A DNA stretch of 64,000 nucleotides. Origin: an uncultured Chlamydiae bacterium. Lineage in GTDB: Bacteria > Chlamydiota > Chlamydiia > Chlamydiales > JAJFMA01. Under the pieces are notes generated by a model, which was given only the letters and a program-made list of their open reading frames with translations, was not told the DNA's origin and searched no databases. Below, piece after piece: positions 18,782 to 29,400 of the stretch. The translations under genes and the position numbers were made by a program. Each line of letters begins with the position of its first letter. The stretch's first letter is position 1. The stretch is from contig CAVQMM010000001.1 in NCBI GenBank assembly GCA_963713615.1, positions 2,688,001-2,752,000 on the forward strand, given 5' to 3'.

Positions 18782-19148
18782 CTAAACGATCCGACCGCAC
18801 CACAATGAGATTATTGCCGTCAGCAGATTGCTCCACAGTTACCTTAAATTCATTGCCCCAGCCGTCATTGACCATTTTGTCAGGGTTGACAACGAGAGGT
18901 GAAGACTTAATATAGTCCTTCCACTTAGAGGGAAGATCATCGATCGCTGAAGGATCGTTGGCTATTTTGAGAGTAAGGATGGTACGGATTTTCTCAATGT
19001 TCGCTTTAGTCTCAAAGGCACGACCTTCTTCAAGGGCTCCTTGGTAGTTATAGGCAACGACACCGAGGATCATGGCAATGAGTGTCATAACAATCATGAT
19101 CTCGATCAGTGTTATATAGTGGCGAGTCGACTTCCAAACGGTTTTCAT
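18759..19148 (-). CDS. gspG: T2SS major pseudopilin
   Basis: HY-ITLIEIMIVMTLIAMILG, DGWGNEF; directly after gspF. Confidence 0.75.
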   Translation of the reverse strand: MKTVWKSTRHYITLIEIMIVMTLIAMILGVVAYNYQGALEEGRAFETKANIEKIRTILTLKIANDPSAIDDLPSKWKDYIKSSPLVVNPDKMVNDGWGNEFKVTVEQSADGNNLIVVRSDRLDAYEKTK

Positions 19149-19169
19149 ATTATCCTCCTAAAGAGCTTG

Positions 19170-20357
19170 TCACTGGTGAGCCAAAGACGCCACATTGGCG
19201 ACAGGCAGCAGGATTGCAATCATAACAGTACCTATTATAGCACCCATAGCCATCAAAATTACAGGCTGAGCAAAGGAGAGCAAGCGTTCAAGCGTTTGCT
19301 CCAACTCCCCCTCATACATACTGGCAATCCGATTAAGCATTTTTACCGAAGTTCCGGCCTCTTCACCAACGAGAAGCATCCGCGAAGCCATAGAAGGGAT
19401 GAGGTCAGACTTAACGAGTTCCTTGGCAAGAGTGCTACCAGCGCAGATAGCTTCTTCGGCATTAGTAATCACCTTCTCAATAACGACATTGCCAACCGTA
19501 TTTCGCGCAATGCGAAGGGATTCAATCATTGGCAAGCCGCCTTCCTGAAGCGTGCTCATGGTGCGGCAAAAGCGCGCAGTAGAGGCCTGAATGACCAAGT
19601 TCCTAAAGTAAGGAAGCCGAATAAAGGTGCGTTGTCGCCAGAGCTTTCCTTTTTCGGACCTCATGCGAACGATGATAAAAACGATCAATCCAATGGTGAT
19701 TGGAAAGTAATACATCCAATAGCCACGGGCAAAGTGGCTTAGGTCAATGATCGTAGTGGTGAAAGCATTCAGCTCTCGTCCCTGAAAAATCCCCTCCATG
19801 CTGGGTACAACAAAACCGAGTAGCATGCTGATGATCAGCAGGCAAAAGCAGGCCAGGATGCTAGGATATATCATTGCGGTGACGATCTGACTTCGCAGCT
19901 CCATCTGCTTCGTGAGCAGCTCTCCCAAGCGCTCCAGGACGTTACCGAGAGAACCCACAGCTTCTCCGGCTGCAACCATGGCACAATAAAGACGGTCGAA
20001 GCTATGTGGAAAGGTCCCCATAGCGACAGAAATTGGAGTACCCGCCTTGATCTGGTTTCCTAAGCTCATGACAATGCGGTGGGCAGACTGCCCACGATAC
20101 TGGTGTTCCATAGCCGTTAGGCTTTCATATAGAGGTAAGCCTGCGTTCAATAGCTGTGATAGCTGCAGTGTAAAGGATACGAGCTCCTCACCTCGAAGAT
20201 TCTCGCGAGATGCAACACCTTTACGCTCACTGATCTGGGTAACCATCAGATCCTGAGATCTTAGACGGTCCTTTGCCTCATTAGCACTAAACCCTTCAAT
20301 GGTACCTGTACGTCTGGCGCCTTTGCTATCAATAGCTTGATATCGGTATGTAGGCAT
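19170..20357 (-). CDS. gspF: T2SS inner-membrane platform protein F
   Basis: MPTYRYQAID, QLLNAGLPL, AGEAVGSL, AMIYP, VGEEAG. Confidence 0.93.
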   Translation of the reverse strand: MPTYRYQAIDSKGARRTGTIEGFSANEAKDRLRSQDLMVTQISERKGVASRENLRGEELVSFTLQLSQLLNAGLPLYESLTAMEHQYRGQSAHRIVMSLGNQIKAGTPISVAMGTFPHSFDRLYCAMVAAGEAVGSLGNVLERLGELLTKQMELRSQIVTAMIYPSILACFCLLIISMLLGFVVPSMEGIFQGRELNAFTTTIIDLSHFARGYWMYYFPITIGLIVFIIVRMRSEKGKLWRQRTFIRLPYFRNLVIQASTARFCRTMSTLQEGGLPMIESLRIARNTVGNVVIEKVITNAEEAICAGSTLAKELVKSDLIPSMASRMLLVGEEAGTSVKMLNRIASMYEGELEQTLERLLSFAQPVILMAMGAIIGTVMIAILLPVANVASLAHQ

Positions 20358-20358
20358 A

Positions 20359-22011
20359 TTATCGCTCAGCCTCCACAGTACGGGTTACTCTCACAATTTC
20401 AGCAATTGTCGTAATTCCTTGCTTAACCAGATCTGCGCCATGGTGTCTCAAACTGGTCATGCCTTGGTCTAGCGCAATCTGACGCAAAACGACAGCGTCG
20501 GGGCTTTTGACGACTTGCTTACGGATTTCGTTATTAACAGTCATCAGCTCATAAGCACCATGACGACCCTTGTAGCCTGTGCCAAGGCAGACCTCGCAGC
20601 CTGCACCCTGGTGAACACGGCCTCCTGGGACTTCCTCGAGGGTAAGTCCAATGCTTGCTAACTCCGCCGGTGTGGCCTCAACGACTTTTTTGCACTGTAA
20701 ACAGATTGTTCGCACCAGACGCTGTGCAAGTACTCCAATCACGCTAGAAGAGAGCAAATAGGGTTCCACTCCCATATCAACAAGACGCGTAATAGCCGAT
20801 GGGGCATCATTGGTATGTAGGGTGCTTAAGACCAAGTGACCTGTCAAGGCCGCCTGAATGGCAATCTCAGCCGTCTCAAAGTCTCTAATCTCTCCCACCA
20901 TGACAACATCAGGGTCTTGACGTAGGATGTGACGCAATCCTCTGGCAAAATCCAGCTTGATTTTTGGCTGCACACCGATCTGTGCAATGCCCTTAAGGTT
21001 ATATTCAACAGGGTCTTCGATGGTCATGATATTGATTTCATCGTTGTAAAGGTCGGTGACAGCGCTGTATAGCGTTGTCGTCTTACCACTACCTGTAGGT
21101 CCTGTAACCAATACAATACCCTCTGGCATCTTGATGAGCCGGCGAAATTCGTCGAAGTCCTTGGTAAGCATTCCTAAACGTGTTAGGCCCAGGGCGACAC
21201 TGCCTTTATCCAGAATACGTAATACGATGCGCTCACCACCCGCTACTGGCACGGTGCTTACCCGGAAGTCGATCTCACGTCGTCCCATCTTCAGTTTGAT
21301 ACGACCATCCTGGGGTAGACGTCGCTCCGCAATATCCAATCGCGACATCACCTTAACCCGACTCATTAACGGCCCTTGGTATTCCTGAGCGGGTGAATGG
21401 CGCAGCTGCAATACACCGTCAATGCGATAGCGCACGCGCAGACCATTTTCATAGGGCTCAAAGTGAATATCTGAAGCTCGCTGCTGAATGGCTTCAGTAA
21501 GGATCAGGTTTAGGAGCTTGATGACAGGTGCTTGGTCGCGGCGCTCTTCTAGAAGGTCATGGACAGCAACATCTTCGTCTTCGGCACCTTCAACACTTTT
21601 CTTAGAAGCTATCTCAGCAATAAGTTTAGAAGCCGCTCCTGTCTCGGTATTGTAGCACTCATTAATGGCCGAGAGAATGACTTCCTTAGGAGAATAAACA
21701 GCCTTGATCTCCTGATTCAGCATGTACCGCAGATCCTGCAGCGAGTCAAGGTTGAGCGGGTCGGCAATGGCTACCACGATACGGCCATCTTCTTGGTCAA
21801 ATGGCAGCACGGTGTGTCGCTTTACAAACGAATAGGGAACTTTGTCGTAGATTTCCTTGGATAAGTTGAAACTGGTGATCTGCCGAACCACAGCCATACC
21901 AAACTGTTGAGCCAGCGATATGTTGATATCGTCACTGCTAATAATGCCCTGGCGAATGAGCTCTTCGCTTACATCGCGCTTCGGAGGTTGGGTGGTAGGC
22001 TCAGCCATCAA
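20359..22011 (-). CDS. gspE: T2SS ATPase E
   Basis: ASDIHFEP, LDIAERRLPQDGRI, GPTGSGKTT, LRQDPDVVMVGEIRD, GHLVLSTLHTN, CxxC pairs. Confidence 0.95.
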   Translation of the reverse strand: MMAEPTTQPPKRDVSEELIRQGIISSDDINISLAQQFGMAVVRQITSFNLSKEIYDKVPYSFVKRHTVLPFDQEDGRIVVAIADPLNLDSLQDLRYMLNQEIKAVYSPKEVILSAINECYNTETGAASKLIAEIASKKSVEGAEDEDVAVHDLLEERRDQAPVIKLLNLILTEAIQQRASDIHFEPYENGLRVRYRIDGVLQLRHSPAQEYQGPLMSRVKVMSRLDIAERRLPQDGRIKLKMGRREIDFRVSTVPVAGGERIVLRILDKGSVALGLTRLGMLTKDFDEFRRLIKMPEGIVLVTGPTGSGKTTTLYSAVTDLYNDEINIMTIEDPVEYNLKGIAQIGVQPKIKLDFARGLRHILRQDPDVVMVGEIRDFETAEIAIQAALTGHLVLSTLHTNDAPSAITRLVDMGVEPYLLSSSVIGVLAQRLVRTICLQCKKVVEATPAELASIGLTLEEVPGGRVHQGAGCEVCLGTGYKGRHGAYELMTVNNEIRKQVVKSPDAVVLRQIALDQGMTSLRHHGADLVKQGITTIAEIVRVTRTVEAER

Positions 22012-22162
22012 TATCCCGTACTTTTCAAGTTATACTCATCATGCCGTGCGAGGCTTTTTTAGTCCCGCCCATTTATAGTGCACCTGTTTAGGTTATACCG
22101 CACCTGCTTAGGCGCAGGGATCGCATTTAAAATTATACACACACTTCAACACTATAAACAGA

Positions 22163-22191
22163 TTGACAAACCCTCAAATTAAAGTTAAAAT
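22163..22191 (+). promoter_or_regulatory. sigma70/sigma66-type promoter for the chaperone operon
   Basis: TTGACA-N17-TAAAAT. Confidence 0.7.
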
Positions 22192-22255
22192 TAACATGGG
22201 GTTAGTTATATTATATGTATAATATAATTTATTGGAAAAGCAAAAGGAAGAGAAA

Positions 22256-22810
22256 ATGAACAACATCCAACTAGAAGTTGAGGAAGCGTTGGCAAAGTTG
22301 CAGAATGGCCCCGATGGAGATGCTTTGTATCAGTTTTTCGGCAGATTGATAGGAAATTGTGGCAATACTGGGCTGCCACCTCTTGGGGCCATGGGTTTTA
22401 CGGCAGCTTCTCTGGAGTGCTATTACGATGAAGCCTTCAGAATGTACAACTCAGGTCAATATGAGAATGCGACAAAAATCTTTTTAGTCATGACAATACT
22501 AGCCCCAACCGAACACAAATTTACCTTTGCCTTGGCGGCTTGTCACCACCGCATGGCCGACTACAAGCAAGCGCTAGCTTGCTATTATGCTTCAACAATC
22601 TCTGATCCCACAGATCCTCTACCCTATTACCACGCAGCGGATTGCCTATTAAAGCTGGGCCTGGTTCCTGCAGCCTGCGAATCACTCCGCACAGCTATGG
22701 AACTCTGCGGAAAACAAGAACAATATCGCGTGATTCGCGACCGCAGTGAAATAGAACTTAAAAATGTGCAGACAGGAGGGACTACTAGCAAGGAGACCAC
22801 ACACGGTTAG
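22256..22810 (+). CDS. SycD/LcrH family type III secretion chaperone (TPR)
   Basis: LECYYDEAFRMYNSGQYENA, FALAACHH, DPLPYYHAADCLLKLG. Start placed at ATG 22256. Confidence 0.85.
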   Translation: MNNIQLEVEEALAKLQNGPDGDALYQFFGRLIGNCGNTGLPPLGAMGFTAASLECYYDEAFRMYNSGQYENATKIFLVMTILAPTEHKFTFALAACHHRMADYKQALACYYASTISDPTDPLPYYHAADCLLKLGLVPAACESLRTAMELCGKQEQYRVIRDRSEIELKNVQTGGTTSKETTHG

Positions 22811-22879
22811 AATTGGCGCTAGTCGAATGCCCCAAAGCTAACCACGCATGGTATTAACGAGTCCTCAAGGAGGTTATTC

Positions 22880-25018
22880 ATGACCGGACCAATCAGTGGA
22901 GGCAGTGACCTTAGCTATCTCTATCAAGCTCTTGCCGCACAACAAACGGATGCAACAACAGCCACCGCTGACGTCACTTCTGTGCTCCAGAATACGCCCG
23001 ATACCATTACGCAATCACCTCAAACTGTGTCTGTTGCAGGACAGAACTCAACTGAACCTAGTTCTCCACAGCTCTTTCCGGTGAATGCCAATGCAGCAGC
23101 GGCCTCAGCCCAACAAGTGCAACAGCTACACGCTAATGTTCAGCAGCAAACCACACAAATTATTCAATCAAGGATTAATGGACTGTCTCCGGCACTACAG
23201 CTCCAGATTGCTAAGGGCTCCTCCGATCCTGCAGTACAGAATCTTGTCGGTCAAATCACTGGACATGCCCAGATTCAGGCAGCTGCCACGACTGCTTTAC
23301 AAGCGACTACATCAGTAAAGCCCGCTAATTTAGATAATACGCAGGGACCCCTCCCACCCGGGCCGATTCAATCGACTACCTCTTCCACGCAACAGACAAT
23401 TCAGCTGTTTACGAATTCGATTACTTCGACAGCGAAAGCGACGACCATCGCCCAGTCACAGGTAGCAGCGACTGGAGGAGCAAATTCGGTTACTTTGATG
23501 GCCTTCCTGGCAGCCATTGGTAACGCTATTAATAGTTTACAAGCATGCGTTACAAAGATGGATAACACTAAGGTAGACCAGAGACCCTGGGGGCATGATA
23601 TTACCAGTTTAATGGACTGGAATTGGCAGGCTGCTGAACAGCTGCAACAGATAACTGCAGCGCAGCAAGCGGCATCATCAGGTGGATTATTTGGTGGACT
23701 ACTGCACGATCTTGGCCCAATCGGAGATGTCATTGGTGGCATTATCAGCTTAGCCTCATCATTGTTTAACGGACTGCCTTTCATGGTGAATCTGTTTAGA
23801 GGGCTTTTCGGAAATAATGTGGCTAGTGGCGAGGCTTTTGCCGATTTGATGAAAACAGAAGTTGCTGGCGCAAGCGCCATTTTACAGACGTGTGCAACGG
23901 TCCTGGCATCGATCCCAATTGCAGGCCCTATACTGAGTGAAATGGCTGACAATGCTCTACTCGTGGTACTTGGATTGGGGGCATCAGCCATCTGTATGGC
24001 AACGGGATCTCTAGGACCTGTCATTGCTGCCACAATCATGAGCGCCTTTGGTGGCGGTATGCAGCTAGCGGGAGCTGGCAACAATACTCCCTCTACGGGA
24101 AGCACGCCAGGCTCCAACTCCAGCTCAACAACGACAAGTTCCACTCCAGCAACGACAAGTTCCAGCCCAGGAACAACAGGGACCGCTCAAAGCGCCGGTG
24201 AGACTCAAGCTCCTCTCCTCACGCCGCTTTTTCAATCTATTAGCAACATTACAAAAAACCTACCTATTGTTGGACCTATGGCTCAAATGGCAGCTAAAAA
24301 CCCAACAGTAGCAGCAGGTGCAGTAGGGATGGCAGGAGCCGCAGCGCTGATACCAGGCCCCGGAATCCTTATGGCTACGGCAGCTATGGCCCTATTTGCT
24401 ACAAATACGATTATGCAGGGGAAGGGTTCATCGATTCCAATCATCGGTAGTCTGTTTACCCAAGATAACGGCACTAGCCCGACCACAAGCACAAGCCCAT
24501 CTACAAGCACAAGTCCATCTACGAACGCACAACAGGAGGGACAGGTTGCTGCAAGCATTCAGGCGATGAGCTATGCTGCTGAACAGGTAGCCAAAAAAAA
24601 TGTTGGTACCAGCGCTGACAAAGCCAAGATGATAGCGTTATTTGTTCAACTCATAGCAGTACTCATGCGCATTAAAGCAACTGCTGGCAAAGGTGGTAGT
24701 GGAGCTGCCATGGGCTCCGTTGCACCAGGCTCTGCGAACGCAAGCCAACTTCTCGATACTGTCAAACAACTCAATAGTACTGGCATAAGTAACCTGCCAG
24801 GAAATCTAGCTAAATTTGCCACTCAATGTCAAATAGCACAACAAAAGGGTCAGCAGGGTAATGACATGGCCATGCTAGATGCCGTCATGAATGGAGTCGG
24901 TCACCTTGCCACTGATCCCAAAAAGTTGGCTGAAGCCTTTACTATGATTCAGGAAACAGTCGGCCTTCCGGATCCAAGACCGGAGACTGATCCTCTTGGA
25001 GCTAAACAACCCGCCTAA
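22880..25018 (+). CDS. Putative T3SS translocator-like or secreted protein, S/T/Q/A-rich with hydrophobic segments
   Basis: Follows the LcrH-type chaperone; RBS AGGAGG; low-complexity N-terminus and several hydrophobic stretches. Confidence 0.55.
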   Translation: MTGPISGGSDLSYLYQALAAQQTDATTATADVTSVLQNTPDTITQSPQTVSVAGQNSTEPSSPQLFPVNANAAAASAQQVQQLHANVQQQTTQIIQSRINGLSPALQLQIAKGSSDPAVQNLVGQITGHAQIQAAATTALQATTSVKPANLDNTQGPLPPGPIQSTTSSTQQTIQLFTNSITSTAKATTIAQSQVAATGGANSVTLMAFLAAIGNAINSLQACVTKMDNTKVDQRPWGHDITSLMDWNWQAAEQLQQITAAQQAASSGGLFGGLLHDLGPIGDVIGGIISLASSLFNGLPFMVNLFRGLFGNNVASGEAFADLMKTEVAGASAILQTCATVLASIPIAGPILSEMADNALLVVLGLGASAICMATGSLGPVIAATIMSAFGGGMQLAGAGNNTPSTGSTPGSNSSSTTTSSTPATTSSSPGTTGTAQSAGETQAPLLTPLFQSISNITKNLPIVGPMAQMAAKNPTVAAGAVGMAGAAALIPGPGILMATAAMALFATNTIMQGKGSSIPIIGSLFTQDNGTSPTTSTSPSTSTSPSTNAQQEGQVAASIQAMSYAAEQVAKKNVGTSADKAKMIALFVQLIAVLMRIKATAGKGGSGAAMGSVAPGSANASQLLDTVKQLNSTGISNLPGNLAKFATQCQIAQQKGQQGNDMAMLDAVMNGVGHLATDPKKLAEAFTMIQETVGLPDPRPETDPLGAKQPA

Positions 25019-25120
25019 CAAATCTAATCGCGCGTGGTATAGCTTTTTCAACCTCACAATCCCATGCAACTATAAACCCACCAGTGATATTTATTAAAAT
25101 AAACTTCTATAATAAAACAG

Positions 25121-25149
25121 TTGATTAATATCGCTTAAATATTTATAAT
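25121..25149 (+). promoter_or_regulatory. sigma70/sigma66-type promoter
   Basis: TTGATT-N17-TATAAT in an AT-rich intergenic region. Confidence 0.6.
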
Positions 25150-25189
25150 TAAAATTTAAAACACGAAAAAAACAAACAGGTGTAATATA

Positions 25190-26317
25190 ATGGATTATAA
25201 TATGAACGCAATCGCGCCATTTGTTGGCGATAGTTACAATTCTATGCAAACAGATGAAAAACAAGACGCTATACTAAATATCGCCAGTGATATTTATGAC
25301 AACATAAAGTCGATTCGCAAAATAGTATTCAAGTGCTACAATAAACAAGTAAAAAGTGATGTGCTACCAGAAATAACGCCAAAAATAGAATTAAAATTAA
25401 ACGACATCGCCAAAAGCATCTATGATTCGATAGAAATATTTAACGATAGAAGTAGCCAAAACCCAGAATCAATAGACAAAAAGCGCATTAAACAAATCAC
25501 ACTTTCTCTATTTGACAAGAAATTAAAAAAAGAACGTAAATGGTTAAAAGAATCCATAAACGAATTCGTGTCACAACACATGGATGAAGTAAAAAAAATG
25601 GCTTCAAATTACGTTGAGTCTCTATACAAAAATGGAAAATACAGAATTATCTTTAATTCTTGTAGAACTAAAATCGATCTCGCTGTAAAAGAAGCACTAG
25701 AGGAATTGCATGGTATCTATGGACCAGAAACCATAATCGCTTCATGCGACCCCAACCTTATACAACTAGATAGTAACTTTCAGAAAGTACATGATCGCTT
25801 TAAAAGAGCACTTGATGGACGATTTGAGGTTCATTTTAAGGATGAAGGTTTAAATCGGCCTGATCAACACTCTCAAATCTTGAAAAATGAAGTACTCCGT
25901 ATGGTGATCATAGCCTCTGCATTTGCTCTGGCTATAATTGGCTCGAATAAACTCGAAGAGGCGTTTGCTGCACCGTCTACCGCTCTTACTATTCCCGAAC
26001 GGGCTGTTTCTTTCGTCCGAGACAAAGAAGTCCCAGCAGAGGCTATCATCTCTGTTTTTACAGCAATTATCTACGGTGTTTCCTTCGTAATGTTCCATTC
26101 AATCACCTCCATAGTTCAGGACGTACTGAGTGTGAGCAGTCAGAAGACTATGTACAGCGCGTCAGTCAAGGCTTCGCTGGCGATTACTGCGGCAATTTCT
26201 TTGAGATTTCTATGGGAGACAAGCCAATTTCCCCTGTGCTCTTTTGCCCTCGGGGTGATAGCCTACGCGGGATTGAGTTACGGCATTCTGCGAAATACAG
26301 GCACTGCTGTTGCTTAG
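25190..26317 (+). CDS. Hypothetical protein: charged helical N-terminus, hydrophobic C-terminal segments (Inc-like candidate)
   Basis: 375-aa ORF with its own promoter; AT-rich 5' half. Confidence 0.6.
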   Translation: MDYNMNAIAPFVGDSYNSMQTDEKQDAILNIASDIYDNIKSIRKIVFKCYNKQVKSDVLPEITPKIELKLNDIAKSIYDSIEIFNDRSSQNPESIDKKRIKQITLSLFDKKLKKERKWLKESINEFVSQHMDEVKKMASNYVESLYKNGKYRIIFNSCRTKIDLAVKEALEELHGIYGPETIIASCDPNLIQLDSNFQKVHDRFKRALDGRFEVHFKDEGLNRPDQHSQILKNEVLRMVIIASAFALAIIGSNKLEEAFAAPSTALTIPERAVSFVRDKEVPAEAIISVFTAIIYGVSFVMFHSITSIVQDVLSVSSQKTMYSASVKASLAITAAISLRFLWETSQFPLCSFALGVIAYAGLSYGILRNTGTAVA

Positions 26318-26623
26318 CTAGGTTCCATAATGGACTGATTGAGGAAGGCTTTTAGGGATTATCTTTCAATGCTTTAAGGCCTTTCAAGTAACTCAAAAAA
26401 CTGGCTGGCGCAATTTCCTATGTGGCGCAGTCATTCCATGACCGCGAACAATCCGTTGCTATTGTGGAGACTTGCAAAACAAACGTCCCATGTGATGCAA
26501 ACGGAATCTGTTTCAACCGTTCTCGCAGTCATGGAATGACTGCGCCACATGGGAAGCCTCGTTACTTTCGGATATTGGCGACGCAATCGGCTGGGGCTCC
26601 AAAAGCGCTGCGCGCGTGTTACT

Positions 26624-29317
26624 TTAACGGCACTGGTTCCAAGTACAGCCACGATCATAGTCTCCAGGGTTGCCCATGCAATCGCTCTCTATGAACCAAG
26701 GCGACCCACCAGGAATAAACTCTGAATGCATTCTACGACAAGAATCCTCGCCATAGGGGACTGCTCTGGTGCGCTCACGACCAAACAGCATTTGCATCCC
26801 TAAATGGAACAAAGCCTCTCGTTCAGCCCGACGGGCATCATCCAATGCGGCCATGAAATCTGGAATATCTCCAGGTCGATGAGAAAGTTGAAAGCGGCGC
26901 ACCTTCTCCATGCTTTCGCAATGATCATAAATAATCGTCGGGGTGATAAAAATAAACGTCTCCTGACTATTATCTGCTAGATTCGTCATGCTGAAGACCT
27001 TGCCAACGCCTGGTAGCTCTCCGAGGAAGGGAATCCCCTGCCAAGAATCGGAAATGGCTGACCTTCTTAATCCACCAATGATCACTGTTTGCCCATCAGC
27101 GACGCTGACTTTATTCTTAACCTGTCGACGCAATACATCCGGCCTACTAGCCGAATCAGTACCGGGAACAACATCGTCAAACAGGATGTAGTTTTCCAAA
27201 GTCACATAGTCCGGTCCCGCATCCCAGAAATCCTCGGGATCATCCCCACGCGTATGAATAGAAGGTGTGATATCTATTTGTGTACCATACTGAGCACGTG
27301 TGAAAGCATCCTTAGGACCAACGTTTTGGTTGGTACCCACGACTTCCACGATACCCGTACTGATTGAGGTTTCTGTTTTAATCTGGATGGAAGCTTTCTC
27401 TTCGTTTTCCGTCATCACCGATGGGTTAGAATTAATCGTGCTATCACCTTGCGTCATCAACCATCGATAAGAAAGATCGAAAGCTGGGAAGGCGGACGTC
27501 TTAGGGCGAGTGATCAGAAACTCCAAAACCCCCGACATTAGCGATGGTACACCATTGGCGGCAGCGGCAGTGGAACCTACAACCTGCCCAACGTCATCAA
27601 AACGCAGGCAAGTATGTCGTGCATTGCTGGCACAACCTCCGATAGACAAAAGATTCAAGCCATAATTGGTAACGTGTTGGTTGGTGAATTCCAACAACAA
27701 GACATCGAGTTGAACCTGTTTCTTAGGTACGTCAATGCGCTTAAGAAGTGCTTTCAGACGAGGCAAGAGAACTGGATCAACGACCATGACCAGGATCGAA
27801 GTACGAGGATCAACCAAGAAGTTATCCCTCCCTTTGTTAATCTCCTCAGGTTTGGTAGGTGCATAACGAATGGGAGTGGGGTTAATGCTCACTTGACCAT
27901 TCTGGAAGAAGCCCGGTGTGTCGTCAACAACAGTCGGAAAGGCAGCGTGGTACATTCCTGGATGCTGTGCAGGAGGTTGAACTAAATTGATTACAGGAGA
28001 TGCTGTCTGTACTTCCGTATTGGTGGTTTTCTGGTTCTGATTCTGATTCTGAGCCAGAATACCACCGGGCAGTATCGGTCCAACTATAACCTGATTTCCA
28101 ATACCCTCAGAGACTAATAAGCCATAAATCTGATTAATGAGCTTACCAATGGCTTCAGGATCGGAATGTTTGATCTTATAAGTATACACAACCTTATCGC
28201 GTGCATTACCTACAGCATTTTCTACCTCGGCAATAATTGTCTCAGCACGCTCAATCTCGTCCCGAGTGCCAACTAAAAAAACGGCTCTTGCGACATCTTT
28301 AAGAGGAATAACCTTGAGTCCGTGACCCTCATTTTTAGCCAGTGGAGGAGGAGCTTTGCCTCCTTTTGCATCACTAGCAAAAACCTGCTCCTCTTGCGAA
28401 AACTGCTCAAACATGGCCTGAAGGACTTTAGCCATTTCATCGGTGTCTGTTTTTAACAGCGGCACCAACTTGTACTCCGTTTGCCCACGCGTCGCACTGA
28501 CGAAGTCATAAAGTTTCAAAAGCTCCTTGACCTCGCTAACCGTGCTGACAATCAGCATATCACGGCCAACCATCTGCAAACTGGTTGTCTTGGGATTCAT
28601 AAAGCGTTCTAAGAAAAAGCCAACCCGACGCACCTCTGAAGGGTCCGGAGATACCAGATAACCTACACGTGCATTAATAGGCATATATTCCAAGTCTTCA
28701 CGCCTATTAGTGATCAGTGCTAAACCGGACTGATTCTTCTCCAATGTATAGAGCAAACGTACATAAGGGTTAAGCTGACGGATTCCTACGCCATTTTGGG
28801 CCAAAATCATCTCTAACATCTCGCCCCAGAGCGCTCTAGGAACAGGAATTGTTGAGGCAACACCTATCTTTGCGGCGCCGATATCAGGAGGAATAATATA
28901 GACATATTCTTGCGAACCAAAGTCGATAACAAGTTGTCCAAGAGTCGTCTGAGGCTGGTTCCACAGCGCATATCCCTCGCCGTGCTGACTTTTATCAATC
29001 GTGGTACGCCAGCGGTCAGCAATGTCGCCTATCTGAGCGCGAGTAGCATTAATTTCCTGTAAAAGGGCCTGAAAGTCAGCAGGAGAGGCATTGTTGGCAT
29101 ATAATACCTGAACCTGTTGATAGAGATTGTTAAGCTCATGTTCCTTACCAACAAGATCGGTGTTTACGCTCTGAAGAACTCCAAGGGTTTCTTTGTCGAA
29201 TTCAGTGCCTCCACCAGTGATTCCAGCTTTCTTTTCAGCAATGGTTTGTGCAGCTAGAAACGAACTGGTGCAAAGCACTGCTATCGCCAGCCATGATGTT
29301 GCTCTGCGAAAGAACAT
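26624..29317 (-). CDS. gspD: T2SS secretin D
   Basis: Signal peptide MFFRRATSWLAI; IDVPKKQVQLDV, GTQIDITP, DGQTVIIGGL, GIPFLGELPGVG, FIFITPTI. Confidence 0.9.
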   Translation of the reverse strand: MFFRRATSWLAIAVLCTSSFLAAQTIAEKKAGITGGGTEFDKETLGVLQSVNTDLVGKEHELNNLYQQVQVLYANNASPADFQALLQEINATRAQIGDIADRWRTTIDKSQHGEGYALWNQPQTTLGQLVIDFGSQEYVYIIPPDIGAAKIGVASTIPVPRALWGEMLEMILAQNGVGIRQLNPYVRLLYTLEKNQSGLALITNRREDLEYMPINARVGYLVSPDPSEVRRVGFFLERFMNPKTTSLQMVGRDMLIVSTVSEVKELLKLYDFVSATRGQTEYKLVPLLKTDTDEMAKVLQAMFEQFSQEEQVFASDAKGGKAPPPLAKNEGHGLKVIPLKDVARAVFLVGTRDEIERAETIIAEVENAVGNARDKVVYTYKIKHSDPEAIGKLINQIYGLLVSEGIGNQVIVGPILPGGILAQNQNQNQKTTNTEVQTASPVINLVQPPAQHPGMYHAAFPTVVDDTPGFFQNGQVSINPTPIRYAPTKPEEINKGRDNFLVDPRTSILVMVVDPVLLPRLKALLKRIDVPKKQVQLDVLLLEFTNQHVTNYGLNLLSIGGCASNARHTCLRFDDVGQVVGSTAAAANGVPSLMSGVLEFLITRPKTSAFPAFDLSYRWLMTQGDSTINSNPSVMTENEEKASIQIKTETSISTGIVEVVGTNQNVGPKDAFTRAQYGTQIDITPSIHTRGDDPEDFWDAGPDYVTLENYILFDDVVPGTDSASRPDVLRRQVKNKVSVADGQTVIIGGLRRSAISDSWQGIPFLGELPGVGKVFSMTNLADNSQETFIFITPTIIYDHCESMEKVRRFQLSHRPGDIPDFMAALDDARRAEREALFHLGMQMLFGRERTRAVPYGEDSCRRMHSEFIPGGSPWFIESDCMGNPGDYDRGCTWNQCR

Positions 29318-29400
29318 GTTAGCTTCGCCCCCTGTTAACCTAGTCGAGTTATTGGAAATCACTATTCTTAAGCGAATAACGATTATCTTGCAGCAACAAT

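Noticed and set aside
23401..24144. 247-aa antisense ORF (likewise 19041..19742)
   Set aside because: Shadow frames opposite well-supported genes
24471..24525. TSPST tandem repeat as a special element
   Set aside because: Ordinary in-frame low-complexity linker
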